Shown: one piece after another, positions 18,801 through 27,566 of the stretch
Position numbering within the stretch: the stretch's first letter is position 1
How the letters are laid out: each line of letters opens with the position of its first letter
Notes under the pieces: generated by a model
The model's input: the letters and a program-made list of their open reading frames with translations, nothing else
Database searches by the model: none
What the model was told of the DNA's origin: nothing
Translations under genes and position numbers: made by a program
Virus record (IMG/VR): IMGVR_UViG_3300032070_000632
Location: 1-64,000 of that record
Direction: 5' to 3' (one strand)
Source of the DNA: a virus
DNA length: 64,000 bases

Positions 18801-20047
18801 TTGTTGCCGTTACTTTTGACGGCTGGGAGTCTTCCGAGAGCATCCAGCAACTTAAAAAGAAAAGAATCAACGCCAAAATAATTTCCATTGACCGGACTAA
18901 TGAATGTTATGATGATTTGAAAGACGTACTCTATGAAGACCGGTTCGTCAGTTATTATTATCAGCCTTTTATTGACGAATGTTTGGAATTAGAACATACT
19001 GATAGTGGGAAGATTGACCATCCAGCATTTGGATGTTTTACTGGAGAAACAAGAGTGGCTTTAGCTGACGGCACTAACCCAACTTTTAAGGAACTTGCGG
19101 AAAGAAAAAAAGAATTTTATGTTTATTCTATAAATAAAGAAGGCATTTGCATAACTGAAGCCAGAAATGCCAGAATAACAAAAAAGGCGACTGAACTTGC
19201 CGAAATAGTATTAGATAATTTTCAAGTCATAAGATGCACGCCTGAACATTTGTTTATGACTTTAGATGGTGGATGGATACAAGCAAAGAATCTTACTATG
19301 GATATTCCAATAATGCCATTATATAGAGCAAGGTGTTATAAAGGCGGTTATGCTGATTATGAACGGGTATGGTGTCCAATAAAAAGAAAAAGAATTTTAA
19401 CTCATCATTTAGCAGTCGGCGGATGTTCGAAGGGAATGGTTGTTCATCATAAAGATGAAATAAAACACAATAATAACCCTAAAAATTTGCAATTAATGAC
19501 CATTAGCGAACATTATTATTATCATGGTAATAATAATTGGGATAAAAAAGAAAAAAAGATGCGGAAAGGACACGAGAAATATCGTAATGATAAAAATGCA
19601 CAATTAAAACACTCGGAAAGAATGAAAAAAAAATGGCAGGAAGGTGTTTATGGAGAAAAGGCAAAAAAATGTGCGATTGAAAATTGTGAAAATATTTCTG
19701 AGGCAAGAGGATTATGCGATTTACATTATCAGCGTGCGAAACGGGCAAAAATACTTCCAGAAACAATAGGAAAAACTAAAAAAAATCATCGTATTTTATC
19801 TGTAAAAATAGTTAATGTAAATGAGGATGTTTATGATTTAACCGTTCCTAAAACTGAAAATTTTGCTTTAACTTCTGGAGTATTTGTTCATAATTCAAAA
19901 GATGTGGCCGATGCCGTGGCATCCGTCACGCACCAGATTGTTTTAAACCGACGCCGAGCGTCAATGGTTATAAATCAGCCGATTATTTTAGGCGATAACC
20001 GGATGGTTATGTCTAATAATAAATTTTATGAAAAAATCAATCGTTAA
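15845..20047 (+). CDS. terL: Terminase large subunit, about 600 aa after removal of three inteins
   Basis: GGIGLGK/S Walker A, ILDEAD Walker B, HFDLG, TFDGW, KIDHP..G/SKDVADA nuclease motifs; upstream of portal. Confidence 0.92.
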   Translation: MPRPRKNIKPKYKTIESRAVIYPPFSKIKDLTEKQKNRLNFLRQYGQFFDEPPVTIGEFINSPDYLNLEGVCRQRIRRELINIFGDEVDPYSLSKNLYALITGGIGLGKCHKKGTQILMYDGSLKKVEDIKIGDLLMGDDGDYRTVLNLSRGKEMMYWVRQKKGMDYCVNESHILSLKKHNGDIVDIDIKTYLSLNNREKLHGWKSILSDKKIIFTDIKLEKDCVDKYYGFELDKNHRYLLKDFTVCHNSFAGGIIFSYLVYRLLCIKNPQAFYGFAPNTRLSFMNMCLDGDEEVYLSDGSRLKMKDIDLLKNKNVLSISNIDKYNKNNAVIDVKKIKKSVYTGYKKAYKLSLKNGTSIIATNNHPFFVKNKGWTALSDLIIGEDELMTVNFLPINGKKEIPENEVKILAYLIGNGCTKNPSVSFSSSNKKVLKEYEEACLLYPDIKHVRKVLKKNKKTFELITAIKKMGNRFIKRENPIKTLCIKYGLYGKTALKKRIPAKIFQLNDNLLKIFISRLWATDGCIYARDNESCCLVYSTSSPELALDVKNIMMYFNIPMRILERRTDYGFTKGKKTNKGYQVYCGEQWAIKKFIEEIGIFGREEKCQKFLKMIKIKKEYKNKKITYSGIKSIKFIGKRKVYDVEVEDTHNFIVNGIVCHNSTSKNNAMDVLFGEVKARIETSPWFMKGKYLPDPRFTNILKFPKNVFVIPGDSSETTFEGYNIIGGILDEADSHKITSRKDYADQGFDTIKIRVTSRSNPKFGHIGFLLVIGSKKKQKGFIARKYEEFKNMPDAYAVHLPIWEARDKSDFTRKKNFYFNVLTKEPCEFRDWNSGNNPIVLKIPIEYGHDFLTNPDKALRDLAGYPPYARQPFFSLVEKIQTIGSSGVIQNPVKQAVSTEIVFHNWFIGGNHKYYVHFDLGLNKDGGDFCGMAMGHLADYQKVDNEMKPIVHMDLMLRIEASPAGEIIISQLRRVIYDLKDNHGFNIVAVTFDGWESSESIQQLKKKRINAKIISIDRTNECYDDLKDVLYEDRFVSYYYQPFIDECLELEHTDSGKIDHPAFGCFTGETRVALADGTNPTFKELAERKKEFYVYSINKEGICITEARNARITKKATELAEIVLDNFQVIRCTPEHLFMTLDGGWIQAKNLTMDIPIMPLYRARCYKGGYADYERVWCPIKRKRILTHHLAVGGCSKGMVVHHKDEIKHNNNPKNLQLMTISEHYYYHGNNNWDKKEKKMRKGHEKYRNDKNAQLKHSERMKKKWQEGVYGEKAKKCAIENCENISEARGLCDLHYQRAKRAKILPETIGKTKKNHRILSVKIVNVNEDVYDLTVPKTENFALTSGVFVHNSKDVADAVASVTHQIVLNRRRASMVINQPIILGDNRMVMSNNKFYEKINR
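16172..16591 (+). mobile_element. Mini-intein (140 aa) in the TerL Walker A motif
   Basis: GK|CHKKGTQILM...FTVCHN|S. Confidence 0.9.
16706..17824 (+). mobile_element. Intein (373 aa) with LAGLIDADG homing endonuclease
   Basis: M|CLDGDEEV...ATNNHPF...LAYLIGNG...RLWATDG...IVCHN|S. Confidence 0.92.
19034..19894 (+). mobile_element. Intein (287 aa) with HNH endonuclease
   Basis: G|CFTGETRV...CTPEHLF...VVHHKDEIKHNNNPKNL...VFVHN|S. Confidence 0.92.
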
Positions 20048-22247
20048 AGTTGAAAAATTTAAAAAAGTTTCAACTAAATCCAGCAAAGAAAAAGCGATAA
20101 AAGTCAACGAGGATGTTTCTTTATCGCCTAATGATTCTTTGGAATATTCAGACATCCGCTGGAAGTTGCCGGATGGCAGTCCTTTTATCCCCGACACTTC
20201 CGGTCTTTCCTTGGCTGATTATTACAAAATGACGAAAGATTATCAGGTATCGGCCTGCATAAACACGATTGCTTTCACCATTCAACAAATAGACTGGGAT
20301 ATTAAATGCGAAGACCAAAAAGTTAGAGACTTTTTGGTTTTTGCGTTTGGGAAAATTTGGAATCAGTTAATCCGCGGCATTTCCCAGGCATACTGGGCCG
20401 GATTTTCGCCAATGGTTAAAGTTTTTACGCAGGTGGAAAATGGACCCTATGCCGGCAAAATAATCATTAAAAAGTTAAAAGATTTGGACCCGACTGAAAT
20501 TGAAGTGTCTAAAAGCAAAGAAGACGGTTCGTTCGAGGGTATGAAAAAGGGCACTGATTTAATTTCAGCCGAATATTGTTTTTGGTACACTTTTTTAATG
20601 AAAAACGGCAATTATTACGGCACCTATCTTTTAGAGGCCGCTTACATGCCCTATTATTATTCGCAGGTAATTCATTTATTCGCTAACCGTTATTATGAAA
20701 GATTCGGCGAACCATTAGTGAAGGGAATGTATCCGGAAGACAAAAAAGTCAATTATAATGGGGATGAGGTTGATGCCCATGACTACATGGCGGATATAGT
20801 GAAAAAACTCCGCAATCATTCCTCAGTGACGATGCCGTCAACCAGAGACGAAAGCAACAATCCCGACTGGGTATTGGAATATCTGGAATCAAACATGCGA
20901 GGCGTTGATTTTGAAACTTATTTAAAACGTCTGGATATTGAAAAAGCCAGGGCTATTTTTGTGCCGGATTTGCTGTTCGGCTCGGGTCGGGTAGGTTCTT
21001 ATAAATTGGGCGACCGCCATACCAATACTTTTTTAACTTTATTAAATTCTTTGATTGGCGACATTAAAGACCATATTGATAAATATATTTTGCCGCAATT
21101 GGTTGATTATAATTTTTCTAAAAAAGTTGATGCGTTCTGGTCGCCGGAACAACTTGGTCGTTCTAATGCGGAAATGCTGGAAACGATTGTTCGGGAAATG
21201 ATACGCCAGGGAATGGCCACCGTCAATGTGGTGGAACTTGGCCGCCGCATCGGACTTGATTTGAAAGTGGTGGAAAAAATTGTCAATGAAGAAACAATTA
21301 AAAATGAAACCATTAAAAAAGAAAAAGTAAAAGGCGGAATCAAGCAGACGGCGGTGCCGGATAAAAAAACAAAAGAAAAACAACCGGTTCCCAAAGAGAA
21401 ACAGCAAAAAAAAAACTATTTTTTTCGCCAATTCGCTGGCAAGAATCTGACCGAGCGGGAAGCGTCCGTTAATTTTTCATTGTTGCAGAAAACTTACGAT
21501 GAAAATGAAAAAGAAATGCGGTCCGCTTTAATAGAAGTCGTTTCTAAACAGCAAGAACGGGTAGAGGAGACGGTTAAAAAAGCCTATAACGAAGGCAACG
21601 GAAAGATAAAACAGATTAAATTGGGTTATCGGGGGGCTTACGAAAAGATTTGGCAATCAATGGTTTTGGCTCTTTACTTGGTGGGAGCGGAAGAAGAGAT
21701 AAAACGGTCTGACTTGAAAGTTAAAGACATAATCACTAAAGAGGAGCGAAATTTTTTAGAAGACAATGCGGCTTTAATCGCTAAAACCCAACTGGATGAT
21801 TTGGAAAATAAAATCAATGAAAAAATATTGCAGATAAATGACTTAAAGGTGGCAAAAACGGCCGCTCTGGCGATAATCGCTTCCGTCTTCAATGAATTTT
21901 CGGCTGATAACAGTTCGCTGGACAAGTCATTACGCCGGTCAGTCGTCTGGGGAGTGCGTCAGGGCAAGGTGGCCGTGGCGGAACGTTCCGGCAAAGAAAT
22001 AATGGCTAAAGTTTGGTCGGCGATATTAGACGACCATGTTTGCCCGTTATGCGAGAAATTGCACGGTTCATACATTAAAACTGATTCGGAATATTTTTCC
22101 GCTCTAGTGCCGCCGGCTCACTACTTTTGCCGATGCGAGGAAATAATAGTTTACGAAGGACAGGAAAAAAACAGCGATGAAAAAAAGTTCGTCAAGCCGT
22201 CAAAAGAATTAATTAATAAATATGGAGGATTATTGCCTTCAATATAG
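20028..22247 (+). CDS. Portal protein (Mu gp29/DUF935-like) fused to a MuF-like minor head domain
   Basis: YYERFGEP, LVDYNF portal motifs; C-terminal WSAILDDHVCPLCEKLHG...PPAHYFCRC. Confidence 0.85.
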   Translation: MKKSIVKVEKFKKVSTKSSKEKAIKVNEDVSLSPNDSLEYSDIRWKLPDGSPFIPDTSGLSLADYYKMTKDYQVSACINTIAFTIQQIDWDIKCEDQKVRDFLVFAFGKIWNQLIRGISQAYWAGFSPMVKVFTQVENGPYAGKIIIKKLKDLDPTEIEVSKSKEDGSFEGMKKGTDLISAEYCFWYTFLMKNGNYYGTYLLEAAYMPYYYSQVIHLFANRYYERFGEPLVKGMYPEDKKVNYNGDEVDAHDYMADIVKKLRNHSSVTMPSTRDESNNPDWVLEYLESNMRGVDFETYLKRLDIEKARAIFVPDLLFGSGRVGSYKLGDRHTNTFLTLLNSLIGDIKDHIDKYILPQLVDYNFSKKVDAFWSPEQLGRSNAEMLETIVREMIRQGMATVNVVELGRRIGLDLKVVEKIVNEETIKNETIKKEKVKGGIKQTAVPDKKTKEKQPVPKEKQQKKNYFFRQFAGKNLTEREASVNFSLLQKTYDENEKEMRSALIEVVSKQQERVEETVKKAYNEGNGKIKQIKLGYRGAYEKIWQSMVLALYLVGAEEEIKRSDLKVKDIITKEERNFLEDNAALIAKTQLDDLENKINEKILQINDLKVAKTAALAIIASVFNEFSADNSSLDKSLRRSVVWGVRQGKVAVAERSGKEIMAKVWSAILDDHVCPLCEKLHGSYIKTDSEYFSALVPPAHYFCRCEEIIVYEGQEKNSDEKKFVKPSKELINKYGGLLPSI

Positions 22248-22256
22248 GATGCTCAT

Positions 22257-22502
22257 ATGATTGAAGTTCCAAACAAGGAAAAGGTATATGAACATCGCTG
22301 TTTTTGCCGACCGCAAGTGTTGCTAGGCATAGTAGGATTAGATTATTACGAATTTAAGGCTAATAAACCGAAACATTATTTAAAATTTATCGGCGATGGA
22401 GTGGTTGAAGTGATGTGCAATAATTGTTTTCGCCTGCATCGTTTTCATTTATCCGACCTGAGAAAAAAATTGTCAGAGCCGAAAATTGACACAAAAGAAT
22501 AA
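22257..22502 (+). CDS. Small zinc-finger protein (Mu Com-like)
   Basis: EHRCFC...LLG...VEVMCNNC. Confidence 0.55.
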   Translation: MIEVPNKEKVYEHRCFCRPQVLLGIVGLDYYEFKANKPKHYLKFIGDGVVEVMCNNCFRLHRFHLSDLRKKLSEPKIDTKE

Positions 22503-22592
22503 AACGTTATATAATATATTCATAAGCCCTCGAACTGCATGACAGTCAAAAAGGCTATATTCCTATTTTTGATTTATTTATGCAGTTTTTTT
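22486..22592 (+). promoter_or_regulatory. Promoter plus leader motif copy 2
   Basis: TTGACA(22486)-18-TATAAT(22510); GAACTGCatGACAGTC at 22532; AACTGCAT pairs with ATGCAGTT, then a T tract. Confidence 0.6.
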
Positions 22593-22594
22593 AT

Positions 22595-22762
22595 ATGGAA
22601 GAATTTTTAAAAGCAGTAGCCAATTTCGGTTTTCCGATTGTGGTAGCCGTCTATTTGCTTTTCCGAATGGAAAAAAAAATGGAACAATTGAGCGGCGAAA
22701 TAGGAAATTTAAGTAAAACTATTATTTCTTTATGCGAAAAGATAGATAGTTTGCGGAGATAA
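22595..22762 (+). CDS. YvrJ-like small membrane protein (holin-like)
   Basis: VANFGFPIVVAVYLLFRMEKKMEQL. Confidence 0.7.
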   Translation: MEEFLKAVANFGFPIVVAVYLLFRMEKKMEQLSGEIGNLSKTIISLCEKIDSLRR

Positions 22763-22766
22763 CCAT

Positions 22767-23078
22767 ATGTTTGATGCTTTATTTTCGGTCATGCAAACTC
22801 CATATTTCTGGCAATCGCTGGGAATGGTGAGTGCCACTTCTTTGTTCATTTCTCCGATTTTGTACAATGGCGACTATAAAGCTGCCACCAAGACGGTAAT
22901 TTGCATAGGTTTATACGGATTTTACATAGCTTTGCTTAGTTTCTTCCATTTATTGGAGGAAGGGAAAAATATGACTTCATGGATGCAACCGATTGACATT
23001 GTTGTCTTTGTGACAGTCGCTTACGTATTTGGATTGTATTTAGGAATTTTTTTACAAAGAAAAATACTTAGAAAATAA
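22767..23078 (+). CDS. Three-TM membrane protein
   Basis: Hydrophobic segments. Confidence 0.6.
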   Translation: MFDALFSVMQTPYFWQSLGMVSATSLFISPILYNGDYKAATKTVICIGLYGFYIALLSFFHLLEEGKNMTSWMQPIDIVVFVTVAYVFGLYLGIFLQRKILRK

Positions 23079-23089
23079 CCAATAATTTT

Positions 23090-23338
23090 ATGCCATACCC
23101 AGGCGTATCTCCATCTCAAACAGCTAAAGTAGAAAGTTGCGTCAGTGATTTGATGGCTGACCCAAAGTTCAAACCACGCAAAAAAGGTCAAACTAAAAAG
23201 AGTGCCGCCGTGGCAGTCTGCGTTTCTTCCGTTAAGGGCGATAAAAAGTCCAAGGATTATCAAGAAGAAATTTTTGATAAATACGTGGCCACGCCCGAAG
23301 CGGAAGATTTTGTTAAACGAACGGAAACATATGAATAA
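23090..23338 (+). CDS. Small head-associated protein
   Basis: MPYPG...KVESCV...SAAVAVC; C-terminus resembles the scaffold C-terminus. Confidence 0.6.
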   Translation: MPYPGVSPSQTAKVESCVSDLMADPKFKPRKKGQTKKSAAVAVCVSSVKGDKKSKDYQEEIFDKYVATPEAEDFVKRTETYE

Positions 23339-25145
23339 AGAAAAAATAATTTATCGCTACTTCATGACTGCCGAGGGATTTTCCGCCGGTAAATCATTGA
23401 AAAACGTGGAAATTTTTAAAGCCGGAACCTATCGTGGCCGGACGTATGTTGTCAATGATTTAAAAAAGATGGTCCGAAATTTCAATTTTTTGAAAAAGAA
23501 CAATATTTTTCCCAATGTTCCGGTAAGAGTTGACCATTCGGCCTCCGCTTACGATGTGGCCGGTTATATTGAGGCAGTCAGGGTGAAAGGAGACAAGTTA
23601 TTGGCGGACATGGCGATTACGGAAGAAGGCGTCTATAAAAAAATCAAACGGACGACTTTACGCAGTCGTTCGATTGAAATAGGAGAATACGAAGATAATA
23701 AAGGAAACGTGTATTCTCCGGTTATCTATGGAGTCGCCTGGGTGGACATCCCACAGGTCGAAGGATTGGCTCCGGTTCTTGCCGCCGCATACGGCAAGGA
23801 CACTAAAATAATTAATTTAAACGAACTAACCGATATGTCTAAACTAAATAAAGAAAAATTTGATAAAAAAGAAGAAATTGAAGAGGATGAAGAAGACGAA
23901 GAGGAAGACGACGATAGTAAAGAGGACGCAACCGAAGATGAGGACGAAGAGGATGATAAAAAGGAGGATGAGGAGGATAAAGAGGAAGATGAAGAAGAGG
24001 ATAAGGAAGGCGACGAAAATAAAGACGGCGAAGATGAGGAAGAAAAAGAGGAGGAGGACGATGACTCTAAAGGAGGAGACGAGGAAGAAGATGACGAAGA
24101 TGAAGAAGAAGAAAATGAAGATGATAAAAAAGAAGAAGAAGAGGATGACGATACTGAATCTTTGGTAAAAGAATTAGATACCAGAATCGCCGGTGGCGAA
24201 AAAGGGGATTTTGTCGATGATTCCGATTTTAAGAAAAAATTTCAAAAAGTCATTAAAATGGCTAACAGCATCAAAGTCGGAGACATTAAAAAATTATTAA
24301 CCTCTTTAAAGTCAGTGGCAAAAGGATTGATTGATAATGGGAAATATTACTCAGCGGGAAGAGTGGGTGAATTACTTGCTTCTTTAGAGAGTATTGTTTC
24401 CAGTGATAGTCCGACTTTTTCCCAAGAAGAATTGAAAAAGAAAGAAGACTCTGAAAAATGGACTAAAGATTACGTCAACGACCTTCCCGATTCTTCCTTT
24501 GCCGTCATCGAACCTGATTTTACCGCCGGTAAAACTAAAGATAAAAATTGCCGGCACCTTCCTTATAAAGACAAAGATGGCAAAGTTGATTTGGTCCATC
24601 TGCGAAATGCTTTAACCGAATTGGACCAATCAGAACCAGTCACCGATTCAATTTCCCTTCAAGAATTAAAATTAAAAGCGAAGACTGTATTGACTAAAAT
24701 GGCAAAACGCTATTTAAAATCAACTCAGTTTGCCAAGACGGTTTCCAACGAGAAATCAGGCAAATTTGTGCAGCTTCGCCGTGAAGATTTCGATTCCCTG
24801 ATAAGGGATTCGGAACTCGCCGACGAATTCCGTCACAAGACGGACGAAGTGAAGCGTGAAAATAAACGCCTCACTATCCAGCAATTTGCTAAGGATGGCA
24901 AAACCACCCCAGCGATGCTGGAGATAGAACAGGAACTTGTTTCTGCTCTTTCCGATGAGCAGATGGCTCTTTACCAAAAGGTAAAAGAGGCAACGCCGAC
25001 AATCGTTCAGCTCAATAAAGAGCACGTTGCCAACCATGATAAAAAGCCGTCAACTGAAAAGTCGAACTCAAAAGAAGAAACAGAAAAAGTTGCCGATGAT
25101 TTTGTAAAACGAACTGACCCAATATCTGCTCCAAGCGAAGAATAA
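23331..25145 (+). CDS. Prohead protease/scaffold (Mu gpI-like) with long acidic tract
   Basis: VEIFKAGTY, PVRVDH, RSIEI, GVAWVDIPQVEGL; about 100-aa D/E tract; upstream of decoration and capsid genes. Confidence 0.8.
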   Translation: MNKEKIIYRYFMTAEGFSAGKSLKNVEIFKAGTYRGRTYVVNDLKKMVRNFNFLKKNNIFPNVPVRVDHSASAYDVAGYIEAVRVKGDKLLADMAITEEGVYKKIKRTTLRSRSIEIGEYEDNKGNVYSPVIYGVAWVDIPQVEGLAPVLAAAYGKDTKIINLNELTDMSKLNKEKFDKKEEIEEDEEDEEEDDDSKEDATEDEDEEDDKKEDEEDKEEDEEEDKEGDENKDGEDEEEKEEEDDDSKGGDEEEDDEDEEEENEDDKKEEEEDDDTESLVKELDTRIAGGEKGDFVDDSDFKKKFQKVIKMANSIKVGDIKKLLTSLKSVAKGLIDNGKYYSAGRVGELLASLESIVSSDSPTFSQEELKKKEDSEKWTKDYVNDLPDSSFAVIEPDFTAGKTKDKNCRHLPYKDKDGKVDLVHLRNALTELDQSEPVTDSISLQELKLKAKTVLTKMAKRYLKSTQFAKTVSNEKSGKFVQLRREDFDSLIRDSELADEFRHKTDEVKRENKRLTIQQFAKDGKTTPAMLEIEQELVSALSDEQMALYQKVKEATPTIVQLNKEHVANHDKKPSTEKSNSKEETEKVADDFVKRTDPISAPSEE

Positions 25146-25172
25146 ATCGTTTGAGGCAGTAAAAGTATTTTT

Positions 25173-25580
25173 ATGCCTATTTACGAAAAAACAACGGGCA
25201 CAAAAAAATACGAATACCTTAAATCTCAAGAAGGCATCTTTCTGCCAATCACTTTGGCAGAAGGAGCTGTTTCCGCTGATGCCGATGGCAATAAAATTGT
25301 CATCCCTGGAACCGTCTTAGCCATCATTACTTCCGGTACTGATGCCGATAAGTACGGGCCTTACAGCACGACAGCGGCCGACGGACGCCAGACAACTAGC
25401 AATATCAAGTGTTTGCTTGATACCTATGCTAATTTGAAAGACGGCGACCTTGAGGTTGGAGGATTGTTTGAGGGCCATGTTGAGACAGCGAAGGTCACTT
25501 CTGATGGCGTTAAGGGCACGGTATCTGATGCCGTGAAAAATGCCTTGCGTTCTCAGACTTCCGACGTTCACTTCCATTAA
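25173..25580 (+). CDS. Head decoration protein (lambda gpD-like)
   Basis: IPGTVLA...KYGPY...ADGRQ; directly upstream of capsid gene. Confidence 0.75.
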   Translation: MPIYEKTTGTKKYEYLKSQEGIFLPITLAEGAVSADADGNKIVIPGTVLAIITSGTDADKYGPYSTTAADGRQTTSNIKCLLDTYANLKDGDLEVGGLFEGHVETAKVTSDGVKGTVSDAVKNALRSQTSDVHFH

Positions 25581-25585
25581 TCCTT

Positions 25586-26635
25586 ATGTTTAACAGACAA
25601 CCGCCTTTATTGCAAAAAGCTACTTTGACCAGAGTGGTGAATAAGATAAAAATCTCATCTCACCTGGGCGAAGAGTTTTTGCCGTTTAAACCGGTGCCAA
25701 CTGAGAAAACAATTTGGGATGTCGTGGAAGCGGACATGGGAATGGCGAAATTTGTGGCTCCTGACGCTGAATCGCCTTTGGTTGATAAACGAAAAATCGA
25801 CCAGGTGATTGCGACTATCGCTTCCATTCGTGAAAAGGAAAGATTCATCGAATCCGACCTTCGAGCGATTAGAGAAGCGGGTGAGCTTCCGATAGTGGAG
25901 GATTCTCCGACACTAATGAACGCTCTCAAGACCCAAGCCGAACAGCGGCTTCGTGATTCTCTCACACGGCTTAAAAACAGGGTAGCGAACAGACTAGAGT
26001 GGATGCGATGGCAAGCGATGTTAGGTACCGTCAGCTATGACGATGGCGATGTAATATTCTCCGTCGATTATGGCATCCCAGCGGCTAATAAAGTTACCTT
26101 ATCAGGTACGGCCGTCTGGAGCGATACTACCAACGCCGACCCGCTAAAGAATATCAATGACTGGATTGATACCTACATTGATAATCAAAGCGGTCTTGCT
26201 CCGACCCGCATGGTCATGTCCCGCAAATCATTAGGTTACATTGCTCAAAACGCCAAAATTCGGGATTTATTGAAGTATAACAACAACATTAATCCGGAAG
26301 TTTTTGGTTCGCCGAAGATGGCCCAACAGTTGATTCTCAACTTGACGGACATCGTTAAAATTCACGTATATGATTCTTTTTATGAAGATGCCTCAGGGAC
26401 CTCTTTGAGATACCTGGCTCAAAATAAAATTATCATGCTGCCTGAACCAGTAACGAACGGCGAAACTTTGGGCGACGTTGCCGATGGTCCTCATCCGCAC
26501 AACAACTACAAACCAGGTCTTTATACTTGGACTGAAACCAAGAAAGACCCCTATACAACGTTTGTGGGAGTTGGCCGTGAGTGCTTCCCTCGTATTTTCC
26601 ATCCAGATTGGATTTTTGTGGCAACCGTATATTAA
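25586..26635 (+). CDS. Major capsid protein (lambda gpE-like, HK97 fold)
   Basis: RLEWMRWQAM, VDYGIP, WSD...ADPL, DP...FP; size and position. Confidence 0.9.
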   Translation: MFNRQPPLLQKATLTRVVNKIKISSHLGEEFLPFKPVPTEKTIWDVVEADMGMAKFVAPDAESPLVDKRKIDQVIATIASIREKERFIESDLRAIREAGELPIVEDSPTLMNALKTQAEQRLRDSLTRLKNRVANRLEWMRWQAMLGTVSYDDGDVIFSVDYGIPAANKVTLSGTAVWSDTTNADPLKNINDWIDTYIDNQSGLAPTRMVMSRKSLGYIAQNAKIRDLLKYNNNINPEVFGSPKMAQQLILNLTDIVKIHVYDSFYEDASGTSLRYLAQNKIIMLPEPVTNGETLGDVADGPHPHNNYKPGLYTWTETKKDPYTTFVGVGRECFPRIFHPDWIFVATVY

Positions 26636-26644
26636 GGAGTGGCG

Positions 26645-26671
26645 GGACCGGCTCTTTTACTCAGCGGTCCC
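26645..26671 (+). terminator. Hairpin after the capsid gene
   Basis: GGGACCG...CGGTCCC; no clear U tract. Confidence 0.4.
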
Positions 26672-26742
26672 AAATGGTTGTTGGATATACTACCCTAAGT
26701 GGCATATCCAACACACTTAGGGAATCATTAATTAATAAATTT

Positions 26743-27018
26743 ATGTCTATTAAAATTGACATTCATCGCAATTCAAGAATTTGGAAAATAGGAGATAATA
26801 AGGGATTATTTTTCGGACAATTTAAAGAAGAGGCTATCGCTGGCTTGTTCGGCAAAGGAATTATATCGGAAAATCCGGAAAATGATTCCAAAACAACCGC
26901 CTCTTTGGGAAAGATTATTGATGCCAGATTTTTCAGCCAGATTCCGGAAATTGCGAAGGAAATCAGCCGACGGGTTTTAACTTATCCGATTATCGTTGAG
27001 ACTTTGAATGAGTTATAA
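26743..27018 (+). CDS. Hypothetical protein
   Basis: ORF from ATG 26743. Confidence 0.55.
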   Translation: MSIKIDIHRNSRIWKIGDNKGLFFGQFKEEAIAGLFGKGIISENPENDSKTTASLGKIIDARFFSQIPEIAKEISRRVLTYPIIVETLNEL

Positions 27019-27547
27019 ATTAATAGGCATAGTTAAAGTCAAAGATATGCAACCAAAAACCGTTCCCGAGGGAACTAAAATTGATTACGATAAAGATAAA
27101 TTTTCAGAATTTATTTGCGTTAATTGCAACCGAACTTTTATCGCTGATAAAGATTCCGGCCGGATATTATGTGGCGAACATGAGTGTATTAAAGAACATG
27201 GAAAAATTGTTTTTGCACAGACGATAATGCAAAGAAAAAAAATAAAAGAAATGAAAAGGCCGCAAACTATAATTTTGGACAAGAAACCTGATAAAAGGTC
27301 AGTTAAGGAAAGAAAACGCGAAGTGTTGCTTGCCATTAGAAATTATACGATTAAAAACAGAAAAGAATTGAAAGGTTCTTATCCAACGATGGCACAATGG
27401 ATGGCAGACAGGATGACACCGACTCCCAGGGTTATATTGAGAATATTCAGTTCCTGGGTTGAAGTGATTAAAGAAGTAAAAAAAATGCCCCGACCGTTCG
27501 TTTATACGCTGGAAAGAAATAAAGAAATAAAGTTAAGCAATAAATAA
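27008..27547 (+). CDS. Hypothetical DNA-binding protein (Zn finger plus homing-endonuclease-associated-repeat-like segment)
   Basis: CVNC...CGEHEC; YPTMAQW...PTPRVILRIFSSW. Confidence 0.5.
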   Translation: MSYKLIGIVKVKDMQPKTVPEGTKIDYDKDKFSEFICVNCNRTFIADKDSGRILCGEHECIKEHGKIVFAQTIMQRKKIKEMKRPQTIILDKKPDKRSVKERKREVLLAIRNYTIKNRKELKGSYPTMAQWMADRMTPTPRVILRIFSSWVEVIKEVKKMPRPFVYTLERNKEIKLSNK

Positions 27548-27566
27548 TTAAGCCAAAGTTAAAGAT

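Noticed and set aside
23860-24168. K/R/M-rich 102-aa ORF
   Set aside because: Shifted-frame shadow of the acidic GAA/GAT tract in the scaffold gene.
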